From Heterodontus francisci (lineage: Eukaryota): a DNA stretch of 64,000 bases. Under the pieces are notes generated by a model, which was not told the DNA's origin, did not search any database, and saw only the letters and a program-made list of their open reading frames with translations. The first letter of the stretch is position 1, and the number at the start of each line of letters is the position of its first letter. The translations under genes and the position numbers were made by a program. Location of the stretch: positions 63,653,618 to 63,717,617 of the forward strand of contig NC_090385.1 in the NCBI RefSeq assembly GCF_036365525.1, in the 5' to 3' direction. This document shows positions 47,510-59,329 of this stretch, piece after piece.

Positions 47510-50500
47510 GAACAAAGAACAAAGCACAAAGAAAATTACAGCACAGGAACAGGCCCTTCGGCCCTCCAAGCCTGCGCCGATCCAGATCCTCTATCTAAAC
47601 CTGTCGTCTATTTTCTAAGGGTCTGTATCTCTTTGCTTCCTGCCCATTCATGTATCTGTCCAGATACATCTTAAAAGACGCTATTGTGCCCGCGTCTACC
47701 ACCTCCGCTGGCAACACGTTCCAGGCACCCACCACCCTCTGCGTAAAGAACTTTCCACGCATATCCCCCCTAAACTTTTCCCCTCTCACTTTGAACTCGT
47801 GACCCCTAGTAATTGAATCCCCCACTCTGGGAAAAAGCTTCTTGCTATCCACCCTGTCTATATATCTTATGATTTTGTACACCTCAATCAGGTCCCCCCT
47901 CAACCTCCGTCTTTCTAATGAAAATAATCCTAATCTACTCAACCTCTCTTCATAGCTAGCGCCCTCCATACCAGGCAACATCCTGGTGAACCTCCTCTGC
48001 GCCCTCTCCAAAGCATCCACATCCTTTTGGTAATGTGGCGACCAGAACTGCACGCAGTATTCCAAATGTGGCCGAACCAAAGTCTTATACAACTGTAATA
48101 TGACCTGCCAACTCTTGTACTCAATACCCCGTCCGATGAAGGAAAGCATGCCGTATGCCTTCTTGACCACTCTATTGACCTGCGTTGCCACCTTCAGGGA
48201 ACAATGGACCTGAACACCCAAATCTCTCTGTACATCAATTTTCCCCAGGACTTTTCCATTTATTGTATAGTTCACTCTTGAATTGGATCTTCCAAAATGC
48301 ATCACCTCGCATTTGCCCTGATTGAACTCCATCTGCCATTTCTCTGCCCAACTCTCCAATCTATCTATATTCTGCTGTATTCTCTGACAGTTCCCTTCAC
48401 TATCTGCTACTCCACCAATCTTAGTGTCGTCTGCAAACTTGCTGATCAGACCACCTATATTTTCCTCCAAATCATTTATGTATATCACAAACAACAGTGG
48501 TCCCAGCACGGATCCCTGTGGAATACCACTGGTCACACGTCTCCATTTTGAGAAACTCCCTTCCACTACTACTCTCTGTCTCCTGTTGCCCAGCCAGTTC
48601 TTTATCCATCTAGCTAGTACACCCTGGACCCCATGCGACTTCACTTTCTCCATAAACCTACCATGGGGAACCTTATCAAACGCCTTACTGAAGTCCATGT
48701 ATATGACATCTCCAGCCCTTCCCTCATCAATCAACTTTGTCATTTCCTCAAAGAATTCTATTAAGTTGGTAAGACATGACCTTCCCTGCACAAAACCATG
48801 TTGCCTATCACTGATAAGCCCATTTTCTTCCAAATGGGAATAGATCCTACCCCTCAGTATCTTCTCCAGCAGCTTCCCTACCACTGACGTCAGGCTCACC
48901 GGTCTATAATTACCTGGATTATCCCTGCCACCCTTCTTAAACAAGGGGACAACATTAGCAATTCTCCAGTCCTCCGGGACCTCACCTGTGTTTAAGTATG
49001 CTGCAAAGATATCTGTTAAGGCCCCAGCTATTTCCTCTCTCGCTTCCCACAGTAACCTGGGATAGATCCCATCCGGACCTGGGGACTTGTCCACCTTAAT
49101 GCCTTTTAGAATACCCAACACTTCCTCCCTCCTTATGCCGACATGACCTAGAGTAATCAAACATCTGTTCCTAACCTCAACACAGTTGGCGGCGCAGTGG
49201 TTAGCACCGCAGCCTCACAGCTCCAGGGACCCAGGTTCGATTCCGGGTACTGCCTGTGTGGAGTTTGCAAGTTCTCCCTGTGTCTGCGTGGGTTTTCTCC
49301 GGGTGCTCCGGTTTCCTCCCACAAGCCAAAAGACTTGCAGGTTGATAGGTAAATTGGCCATTATAAATTGTCACTAGTATAGGTAGGTGGTAGCGAAATA
49401 TAGGGACAGATGGGGATGTTTGGTAGGAATATGGGATTAGTGTAGGATTAGTATAAATGGGTGGTTGATCGGCACAGACTCGGTGGGCCGAAGGGCCTGT
49501 TTCAGTGCTGTATCTCTAATCTAATCTAATCCGTCATGTCACTCTCCTCAGTGAATACCGATGCAAAGTACTCGTTTAGAATCTCACCCACTTTCTCTGA
49601 CTCCACGCATAACTTTCCTCCTTTGTCCTTGAGTGGGCCAATCCTTTCTCCAGTTACCCTCTTGCTCCTTATATATGAATAAAAGGCTTTGGGATTTTCC
49701 TTAACCCTGTTTGCTAAAGATATTTCATGACCCCTTTTAGCCCTCTTGATTCCTCGTTTTAGATTGGTCCTACATTCCCGATATTCTTTCAAAGCTTCGT
49801 CTTTCTTCAGCTTCCTAGACCTTATGTATGCTTCCTTTTTCCTCTTAGCTAGTCTCACAATTTCACCTGTCATCCATGGTTCCCTAACCTTGCCATTTCT
49901 ATCCCTCATTTTCACAGGAACATGTCTCTCCTGCACGCTAATCAACTTCTCTTTAACAGCCTCCCACATATCAAATGTGGATTTATCTTCAAACAGCTGC
50001 TCCCAATCTACATTCCCCAGCTCCTGCTGTATTTTGGTATAGTTGGCCTTCCCCCAATTTAGCACTCTTCCTTTAGGACCACTCTCGTCTTTGTCCATGA
50101 GTATTCTAAAACTTACGGAATTGTGATCACTATTCCCAAAGTAGTCCCCTACTGAAACTTCAACCACCTGGCCGGGCTCATTCCCCAACACAAGGTCCAG
50201 TATGGCCCCTTCCCGAGTTGGACTATTTACATACTGCTCTAGAAAACCCTCCTGGATGCTCCTTACAAATTCTGCTCCATCTAGACCTCTAACACTAAGT
50301 GAATCCCAGTCAATGTTGGGAAAATTAAAATCTCCTATCACCACCACCCTGTTGCTCCTACATCTTTCCATAATCTGTTTATGTATTTGTACCTCTATCT
50401 CACGCTCGTTGTTGGGAGGCCTGTAGTACAACCCCAACATTGTTACCGCACCCTTCCTGTTTCTGAGTTCTGCCCATATTGCCTCACTGCTCGAGTCCTC

Positions 50501-50778
50501 CATAGTGCCCTCCTTCAGCACAGCTGTGATATCCTGTTTGACCAGTAATGCAACTCCTCCACCCCTTTTACCTCCCTCTCTATCCCGCCTGAAGCATCGA
50601 TATCCTGGGATATTTAGTTGCCAATCGTGCCCTTCCCTCAACCAAGTCTCAGTAATAGCAATAACATCATACTCCCAGGTACTAATCCAAGCCCTACGTT
50701 CATCTGCCTTACCTACTACACTCCTTGCATTAAAATAAATGCACCTCAGACCACCAGTCCCTTTGCGTACATCATCTG
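47510..50778 (-). mobile_element. Young CR1 LINE, 5'-truncated at the ORF2 start; ORF2 open but split by a SINE
   Basis: ORFs 49526-50641 (APE) and 47595-49160 (RT: [23 protein letters not shown]); tail (ttctttg)n. Confidence 0.95.
49183..49529 (+). mobile_element. tRNA-derived V-SINE inserted in CR1 ORF2
   Basis: Near-identical to the 13640 copy; (ctaat)n tail. Confidence 0.9.
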
Positions 50779-50929
50779 ATGTACTAATGTCAACATGTGC
50801 GTCTTTACCACTGTTTTACCAATAAAGTGAAGGAATACAGAAGTCGGCATAGGAGTCCTATGCATGTGATTATTCAAAGTAATTGTTTTAAAAAGAAAAT
50901 TACACTATATCCAAAGGCTTTGTATAATG

Positions 50930-52260
50930 GCTGGGTGTTTTTGTAATTAGAAGGCTGTTTCCAGTGATCTGCAGGGCTCTGTGTTGGGTCCTTTTGCTTT
51001 TTGTGATGTACATCAATGATTTAGTCTTAAATGTAGAGGAGTGATTAAGATGTTTGCAGATGATACAAAGATTGGTTATGTGGTTGATAGGAAGAAAACT
51101 GTAAACTGTAGGAAGATGTCAATGAACTGGTCAGGTGGGCAGAAAAGTGGCAAATGAAATTCAGTCTGGAGAATTGTGATGTACTGCATTTGTAGAGGGC
51201 AAGCAAGGCAAGGGAATATAGGTAGGATACTGAAAAGTGTAGAAGAACAGCGGACCTTAGAGTGCATGTCCACAGATCCCTGAAGGTAGCAGGACAGGTA
51301 GGTAAGGTGGTTAAGAAGGCATATGGGATAGTTTCCTTTATTAGCTGAGGCATAGAATGTAAAAGTGTATAAAACTGTAGAACTGTATAAAACACGGGTT
51401 AGGCCACAGCCAGAACACTGCATACAGTTCTGGTGTCACTGCATTACAGGAACGATGTGACACCAGTAGAGAGGGGACTGAGGATATTTACGAGGATGTT
51501 GCCAGGAATGAAGAATTTTCGCTATGAGGAAAGATTGGATAGGCTAGGGTTGTTTCTTTGAAGGAGGCTGAGGGGAGATATAATTAAAATGTATGAAATT
51601 ATGAGGGGCCTAGATAGAATGGCTAGAAAGAACATATTTCTGTTAGCAGGGAGTTCAGTAAATCGGGGGCATAGATTTCAAGCAATTGACAGAAGAATTA
51701 GAGTGGAGTTGAGAAGTTTTTCACCCAGAGGGTTGGGGTTCTGGAACTTACTGCCTGAAAGAATGGTTGAGGCAGAAACCCTCATCACATTTTAAAAATA
51801 CTCGGATATAGGGTGGCACAGTGGTGCAGTGGTTAGCACCGCAGCCTCACAGCTGCAGCAACCCAGGTTCGGTTCTGGGTAGTGCCTGTGCGGAGTTTGC
51901 AAGTTCTCCCTGTGACCGCATGGGTTTCTGCCCGGTGCTCCGGTTTCCTCCCACAGCCAAAGACTTGCAGGTTGATAGGTGAATTGACCATTGTAAATTG
52001 CCCCTAGTGTAGGTAGGTGGTAGGGAATATGGGATTAATGTAGGATTAGTATAAATGGGTGGTTGTTGGTCGGCACAGACTCGGTGGGCCGAAGGGCCTG
52101 TTTCAGTGCTGTATCTCTCTATGACTCTATGTACATGAAGTGTCTTAACCATCAGGACTATGGATGAAGAGCTGGAAAGTAGCATTAGGCTAGATAATTG
52201 TTTTTTGGCTGGCACAGACGTGATGAGCCGAGTGGCCTCCTTCTGTGTTGTAAATTTTCT
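50930..52260 (+). mobile_element. Decayed CR1 3' fragment
   Basis: QGSVLGP, KMFADDTK, WAEKWQMKF motifs; 3' UTR near 52200-52260. Confidence 0.8.
51811..52130 (+). mobile_element. tRNA-derived V-SINE
   Basis: Same family as 13640 and 49183; A/B boxes and V domain present. Confidence 0.85.
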
Positions 52261-52550
52261 AACTAAAATGTCCCAATTGATATTAAGATACGAAATATGT
52301 TCATCACATTGCATGTACAAAAGAAATGGATCTTTGTATTCCAATTACTGTTCTGTATGCTTACAAAGGGTGATGTGGAAGTCAAAATAAAAAGGAGAGT
52401 GTTGCACGCTCCCAAACCCAGTTTTTAATAGTATTTGGGTGAAAGCATCTAATTATACTGCATTATACCAAGATACCTTCCTCTTTGATAGTAGAAGTTG
52501 TAGTTTTGAAAGTTTGGTTTTGTCTGAGGTATTTACTGTCACTACTGCAG

Positions 52551-54587
52551 AGCTGGCCTCAGACACCGGAAACATCAGAGGAATGTATGATGGCATGAAG
52601 AGAGCTCTTGGGCCAACCATCAAGAAGATCACCCCCCTCAAATCTAAATCGGGGGACATAATCACTGACCAACGCAAACAGATGGACCGCTGGGTTGAGC
52701 ACTACCTAGAACTGTACTCCAGGGAGAATGCTGTCACTGAGACTGCCCTCAATGCAGCCCAGCCTCTACCAGTCATGGATGAGCTGGACATACAGCCAAC
52801 CAAATCGGAACTCAGTGATGCCATTGATTCCCTAGCCAGCGGAAAAGCCCCTGGGAAGGACAGCATTACCCCTGAAATAATCAAGAGTGCCAAGCCTGCT
52901 ATACTCTCAGCACTACATGAACTGCTATGCCTGTGCTGGGACGAGGGAGCAGTACCCCAGGACATGCGCGATGCCAACATCATCACCCTCTATAAAAACA
53001 AAGGTGACCGCGGTGACTGCAACAACTACCGTGGAATCTCCCTGCTCAGCATAGTGGGGAAAGTCTTTGCTCGAGTCGCTCTGAACAGGCTCCAGAAGCT
53101 GGCCGAGCGCGTCTACCCTGAGGCACAGTGTGGCTTTCGTGCAGAGAGATCGACTATTGACATGCTGTTCTCCCTTCGTCAGATACAGGAGAAATGCCGT
53201 GAACAACAGATGCCCCTCTACATTGCTTTCATTGATCTCACCAAAGCCTTTGACCTCGTCAGCAGACGTGGTCTCTTCAGACTACTAGAAAAGATCGGAT
53301 GTCCACCAAAGCTACTAAGTATCATCACCTCATTCCATGACAATATGAAAGGCACAATTCAACATGGTGGCTCCTCATCAGAGCCCTTTCCTATCCTGAG
53401 TGGTGTGAAACAGGGCTGTGTTCTCGCACCCACACTTTTTGGGATTTTCTTCTCCCTGCTGCTTTCACATGCGTTCAAATCCTCTGAAGAAGGAATTTTC
53501 CTCCACACAAGATCAGGGGGCAGGTTGTTCAACCTTGCCCGTCTAAGAGCGAAGTCCAAAGTACGGAAAGTCCTCATCAGAGAACTCCTCTTTGCTGACG
53601 ATGCTGCTTTAACATCTCACACTGAAGAATGCCTGCAGAGTCTCATCGACAGGTTTGCGTCTGCCTGCAATGAATTTGGCCTAACCATCAGCCTCAAGAA
53701 AACGAACATCATGGGGCAGGATGTCAGAAATGCTCCATCCATCAATATTGGCGACCACGCTCTGGAAGTGGTTCAAGAGTTCACCTACCTAGGCTCAACT
53801 ATCACCAGTAACCTGTCTCTAGATGCAGAAATCAACAAGCGCATGGGTAAGGCTTCCACTGCTATGTCCAGACTGGCCAAGAGAGTGTGGGAAAATGGCG
53901 CACTGACACGGAACACAAAAGTCCGAGTGTATCAGGCCTGTGTCCTCAGTACCTTGCTCTACGGCAGCGAGGCCTGGACAACGTATGCCAGCCAAGAGCG
54001 ACGTCTCAATTCATTCCATCTTCGCTGCCTTCGGAGAATACTTGGCATCAGGTGGCAGGACTATATCTCCAACACAGAAGTCCTTGAAGCGGCCAACATC
54101 CCCAGCTTATACACACTACTGAGTCAGCGGCGCTTGAGATGGCTTGGCCATGTGAGCCGCATGGAAGATGGCAGGATCCCCAAAGACACATTGTACAGTG
54201 AGCTCGCCACTGGTATCAGACCCACCGGCCGTCCATGTCTCCGTTATAAAGACGTCTGCAAACGCGACATGAAATCGTGTGACATTGATCACAAGTCGTG
54301 GGAGTCAGTTGCCAGCATTCGCCAGAGCTGGCGGGCAGCCATAAAGACAGGGCTAAATTGTGGCGAGTCGAAGAGACTTAGTAGTTGGCAGGAAAAAAGA
54401 CAGAGGCGCAAGGGGAGAGCCAACTGTGCAACAGCCCCAACAAACAAATTTCTCTGCAGCACCTGTGGAAGAGCCTGTCACTCCAGAATTGGCCTTTATA
54501 GCCACTCCAGGCGCTGCTTCACAAACCACTGACCACCTCCAGGCGCGTATCCATTGTCTCTCGAGATAAGGAGGCCCAAAAGAAAGA
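52551..54587 (+). mobile_element. Young RTE LINE, 5'-truncated copy 3 with uninterrupted RT ORF
   Basis: About 660 open codons: KAPGKD, NYRGISLL, QCGFR, FIDLTKAFD, GVKQG, LLFADD, C-terminal zinc-finger-like motif; TSD ACTGCAG (52544-50, 54588-94). Confidence 0.95.
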
Positions 54588-55769
54588 ACTGCAGGGGTTG
54601 AGGCCAGAATTAGCCTGCTGAGAGGAAGTGTTTCTGATGGCAATAATTGTCATCCCATCCTGCCTCATTGAGGAAAGTCACCACTGGGGGCAACATATTC
54701 TTTATCAACACATCACAGCTACTGGTTTAATCTTCAGAAAGGGGATAAGAAAATCTTGCCCTGTGTAATCAAGCAGTTATTGAAGTGACTTCCTGTGATC
54801 TTCAGCTCCTCAGGCTGTGTATTCTATATGGCTCCTTTTTTCTCTAATGGGGGTAGTGTGCACAGCAATTAGTCTTTATTATACCCTGGCATGGTTTGTT
54901 TTTTGAGCACCTTTTAACCATTTTAAGAAGATTCCACTTGTGTGTCAAAGCTCTGTTTATTAAATTTTCATGTGTAGTGGAGTAAGACACGAAACACAGT
55001 TAGGGCCAATTATCATGGGCAAATCTAAATCTTTTGCAGAAAATAAAATTAGGGCTTCATTTACATAGTCTTTTCATATCTCTCTCTAGATTTGGAGGTG
55101 AATTTTTATGCTCGTCAAGGTGAAGGTTAGCCCTGGAAAATACAACTCTTTTCGTACCAACAGCCGTTTGTATTTTTATAACATTCCTCACACTAGGAAA
55201 AATATCTCTGATCACCTGACAGGGCACTGAGCAGAAGAGGAAGGGAAATAGAATTCTTTGAGGAGGACAAAGATCAGTGGAAGAGAAGGCTGTTTTGGGA
55301 AGTTTTTGACAACAGGAGGAAGTTGGGACGGTGTAGAGATTTAGTTAAAGCAATCCTAGAGGGCTTAGAACAGAGTTGTCCAACCTTTTCGGGCAGAGTG
55401 CCACATTACGATTTTTGCTCGGCCCAGGGGGCTGGTGAGCAAATTTTGCAAGATAAAGGCATTAAAAATTTATCTTACTAATAAAAAGAACAACAAATGT
55501 GAAATTTTGTGAAGAAGCTTTAAATGAAAAGACTAATTTATTGACTTACTTTCTCGTCACTATATTGAAAACTGATTTAGTGACATAACTGGCATTGTTT
55601 TTGCTTTCATAAGTAGTCAATCTCTGCCCGCATACTTGATGTAGTGATGTAGAGTATTCTGGACAGATGTCCACCTTTCAGGAGAGACCTTGATTTCTCT
55701 TTCCCCCGCCTCCCCCCCCCCACCCCTCTCCCCGCGCTCTGTGTTTATGTGTATCGTTCTCTCTTCAGG

Positions 55770-56057
55770 ACTGGGGGACACAGATTCAAAGTTTTGTGAA
55801 AAAGATGCCGGGGGAATATGAGGAAGCACTGATTTTACACAGCGGGTGGTGATGACCAGGAACTCGCTGCCCACAAGGGTGGTGAAAGTGGAGACATTCA
55901 ATGACATCAAGAGGAAGTTGGATGGCCACCTGAGAGAAATAGACTTGCAGGGCTACGGGGATTGAGCCAGGGAGTGGGACAGACTGCAAAGCTCAGTGGA
56001 GAGCCAGAATGGGCTCGATGGACAGAGTGACCTCCTATGCCGTACGTAAATGACTCT
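55770..56057 (+). mobile_element. CR1 3' end inserted in the hAT element
   Basis: GHRFKV...FTQRVVMTRNSLP...FKRKLD-like frame followed by a CR1 3' UTR. Confidence 0.75.
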
Positions 56058-56059
56058 TT

Positions 56060-57550
56060 GGCACTCTCTCCCTTCTCTGTCTCTCTCTCTTTCCCTCGCG
56101 TCTCTCTCTCTCGACCCTCTCTCTGTCTCCTCGACCGTCTCTCTGTCCCTCTCCACCCCTCTCTTGCTGTCCCTCACCCCCCCCCCCTTCACCCCCTGTG
56201 TCTCCAGTGTTCCCCGTTCCCCTGTGCGTGTTCCCCGCTGGGTGTTCTCCGCTCCCCGCTCCAGGTTCACCGCTCAGTGTTTCCCATTACCCACTCAGTG
56301 TCCCCCGCTCTCTCTGTCCCTCGTCTCTCTGTTCCTCGTCTCTCTGTCTCTCTCCCCTCTCTTTCCCATTCTCTCTCCCCTCTCTTTCCCATTCTCTCTC
56401 CCTCTGTCCCCCTTTCTCTGTCTCCCCCCTCTGTCTCTGCCCCCCTCTCCCTCTCTGCCCCCCTCTCCCTCTCTGCCCCCCTCTCCCTCTCTGCCCCCCT
56501 CTCCCTCTCTGCCCCCCTCTCCGTCTCTGCCCCCCTCTCCCTCTCTGCCCCCCTCTCCCTCTCTGCCCCCCTCTCCCTCTCTGCCCCCCTCTCCCTCTCT
56601 GCCCCCCTCTCCCTCTCTGCCCCCCTCTCCCTCTCTGCCCCCTTCTCCCTCTCTGCCCCCTTCTCCCTCTCTGCCCCCCTCTCCCTCTCTGCCCCCCTCT
56701 CCCTCTCTGCCCCCCTCTCCCTCTCTGCCCCCCTCTCCCTCTCTGCCCCCCTCTCCCTCTCTGCCCCCCTCTCCCTCTCTGCCCCCTCTCCCTCTCTGCC
56801 CCCCTCTCCCTCTCTGCCCCCCTCTCCCTCTCTGCCCCCCTCTCCCTCTCTGCCCCCCTCTCCCTCTCTGCCCCCCTCTCCCTCTCTGCCCCCCTCTCCC
56901 TCTCTGCCCCCCTCTCCCTCTGCCCCCCTCTCCCTCTCTGCCCCCCTCTCCCTCTGCCCCCCTCTCCCTCTGCCCCCCTCTCCCTCTGCCCCCCTCTCCC
57001 TCTGCCCCCCTCTCCCTCTGCCCCCTCTCTCCCTCTGCCCCCTCTCTCCCTCTGCCCCCTCTCTCCCTCTGCCCCCCTCTCTCTCTCTGCCCCCCTCTCT
57101 CTCTCTGCCCCCCTCTCTCTCTCTGCCCCCCTCTCTCTCTGTGCCCCCTCCCTCTCTTTGCCCCCTCCCCCTCTGTGCCCCCTCCCCCTCTGTGCCCCCT
57201 CCCCCTCTTTGTCCCCTCTCTCTCTGTCCCCCATCTCTCTCTCTGTCCCCCATCTCTCTCTCTGTCCCCCATCTCTCTCTCTGTCCCCCATCTCTCTCTC
57301 TGTGTCCCCCATCTCTCTCTCTGTGTCCCCCATCTCTCTCTCTGTGTCCCCCATCTCTCTCTCGGTCTCCCCCTCGCTCTCTCTCGGTCTCCCCCTCGCT
57401 CTCTCTCGGTCTCCCCCTCGCTCTCTCTCGGTCCCCCCCTCGCTCTCTCTCTGTCCCCCTTCTCTGTTCACCCCTCTCTGTCTCCCCTCTCCCCCTCTCT
57501 CTCTCTCCGTCTCTCCCCCCACTCTCTCTCTCCTCCCCCACTCTCTCTGT
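56060..57550. repeat. CT-rich minisatellite / low-complexity tract
   Basis: Core of 18-bp units CTCTCCCTCTCTGCCCCC (~56430-56940), grading into shorter and TGTCCCCCAT / CGGTCTCCCC variants. Confidence 0.95.
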
Positions 57551-57613
57551 CATAGTTGCAGAGAGTGGAATGCTCAGCAGATGCTTGGTCAGTTCTTTTA
57601 AAAAAAAGATTGT

Positions 57614-57784
57614 TGTCAGTTTCACAGCTGACAGCTGCTGACTTCAGGAACAGTCATTTCCCAACAGACTTGGGGTTTTCTGGCAGGTTTTTTAAATATA
57701 AGGTCAGAACCTGCTGAAAAACCCCCGAGTCTGTTGGGAAATGGCTGTTCCCAATGTCAGCAGCTGTCAGCTGTGAAACTGACA
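57614..57784. repeat. Inverted repeat with ~75-bp arms
   Basis: tgtcagtttcacagctgacagctgctgac...catttcccaacagact / agtctgttgggaaatg...gtcagcagctgtcagctgtgaaactgaca. Confidence 0.9.
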
Positions 57785-58196
57785 GCGTAATAGTTTGAAA
57801 GTCGGTGTGACAAAGGGAAATTTCCCAACTTCAGTCACGGATCCCAGGTGATGATGAGGAATGGCACCGGGTACAGTTTACACCCGCAGGCTGGGTGGAA
57901 ACCTTTGGCAGGCCGGATCATGGCCCACGGGCTGTATGTTGGACAATGCTGGCTTAGAAGGAACAGCTACCATTGGTGGAGCAGTGAAAGAAAGGATGGG
58001 GACTAAACTGGGGTCAAAAGAGCAGAGAATGCATGTGGGATTATATAATTGAAGGAGATCACTAAGGTAGGGTGGGATGAGGCTTTCTCAATTAGTTGGA
58101 ATTGAAGAAGGTCATTAGAGAAGTTGAGTAAGTTAATGAACCTGTGGAATAGAAGTTCCATAACCAGGTGGTGAAGCAACCCCAAATTGTTTGATG

Positions 58197-58292
58197 AAAG
58201 CAAAATACTGCAGAACTGGATATCTGAAATAAAAACAGTAAGTGCTGAAAATGCTCAGCAGGTCTGACAGCATCTGTGAAGAGAGTAATTGA
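58197..58292 (-). mobile_element. Penelope-like pseudo-LTR fragment, truncated before the hammerhead
   Basis: aaagcaaaatactgcaga...ctcagcaggtctgacagcatctgtg. Confidence 0.65.
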
Positions 58293-59329
58293 ACAATGTA
58301 CCTCAACTCCGAAAAGTACCCTACACTGTACTAACACAAATTATCCATTTGCTAGTCCAGTTGTAACCTCTGAGTAGTTTACCAATTTATTGGGTATTCA
58401 CTTGGATTCGGATAGTGTAGCACTCCTTTTGTCCTGCACTAAGTGTCAGCCTGGATTATGTAATCAGGTCTCTGGAGTTGGACTTGCGCCCATTAGCCTT
58501 CTAACTTAGGTGATGGAACTGTATTTCAGCAAGGTGTCAGCTTCTTCAAGAGAAGAAGGAAAGGGATAAAAAAACAGAGGGGGAAATAAGACCACAGGAT
58601 CTTATGCCATGTCAACAATGTTTCCAAGTTTGGAATCATTCATCATAGTAGGCCAGAGGCATAATGCTATAAATAGAATAAGCAGCTTGAAAAACAGACA
58701 TACAGAAATAATATAACTTATAAGATGGGGAGCATGTAATTCAGCCACTTTGTGGATTATTTTTCATGTCCCATCACTTAGTTATTCTATTCATTTTGAC
58801 TGTGGTCATGAACTTAGCACTGTAATTCTTGAGTAATGTGTTTGGGTCTTGTACGGATTTCAATTAATGCGCTGTCAGCAAGGTGGCAGAAACTGATCTG
58901 ATCTTTTGGTTTGGACACTCACAGACAATCTTTTCATTTGAAGTAGTGGAATTACAGAATTTGGATGGTGGAGTTGAGGTAGAAGATCAGCCATAATCTT
59001 AATTAATGGCAGAATGGTTTCAAAGGGCGAAATGGCCTACTTCAGCTCCAGTTTCTTACGTTCTTTTAAGGCAAGTGTTTCTTTTGTGTTAACAATTGTG
59101 GCTTCTTGATGTAGAACTGGGAAAGTGTTTGAAACTGTTTTTTACGTTCTGTACATTGTTGAATTCTACTTTATACTACAGTATTAAGAATGTACAATAT
59201 GGATATCCTAGTACTGTGCCTCGATGGTGTAGCATTGAACTGGGTTGTTGGGAGATGGGATATGAATCTGCACCTGTAATTTTTTTCATTTAATAGAGAG
59301 AAAGTAGAATAATCTATTTTTTCAATAAT

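Larger units (their letters stand above)
55371..57951. mobile_element. Non-autonomous hAT element (family A, copy 2), expanded
   Basis: TIRs CAGAGTTGTCCAAC / GTTGGACAATGCTG; perfect 8-bp TSD GCTTAGAA (55363-70, 57952-59). Confidence 0.88.

Noticed and set aside
52439-52550. N-terminus of the 697-aa ORF as a host-RT fusion gene
   Set aside because: The first ~37 codons lie outside the TSD, start at GTG, and are chance open flank; the same applies to 26463-26520.
56430-56940. Regular repeat array as a possible CRISPR
   Set aside because: Head-to-tail tandem units with no unique spacers, no cas genes, and a eukaryotic context.
56037-57641. Six long ORFs (325-534 aa) rich in Pro/Ser/Leu or Gly/Arg/Glu
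   Set aside because: Artefacts of a stop-free CT-rich minisatellite that is open in all frames.
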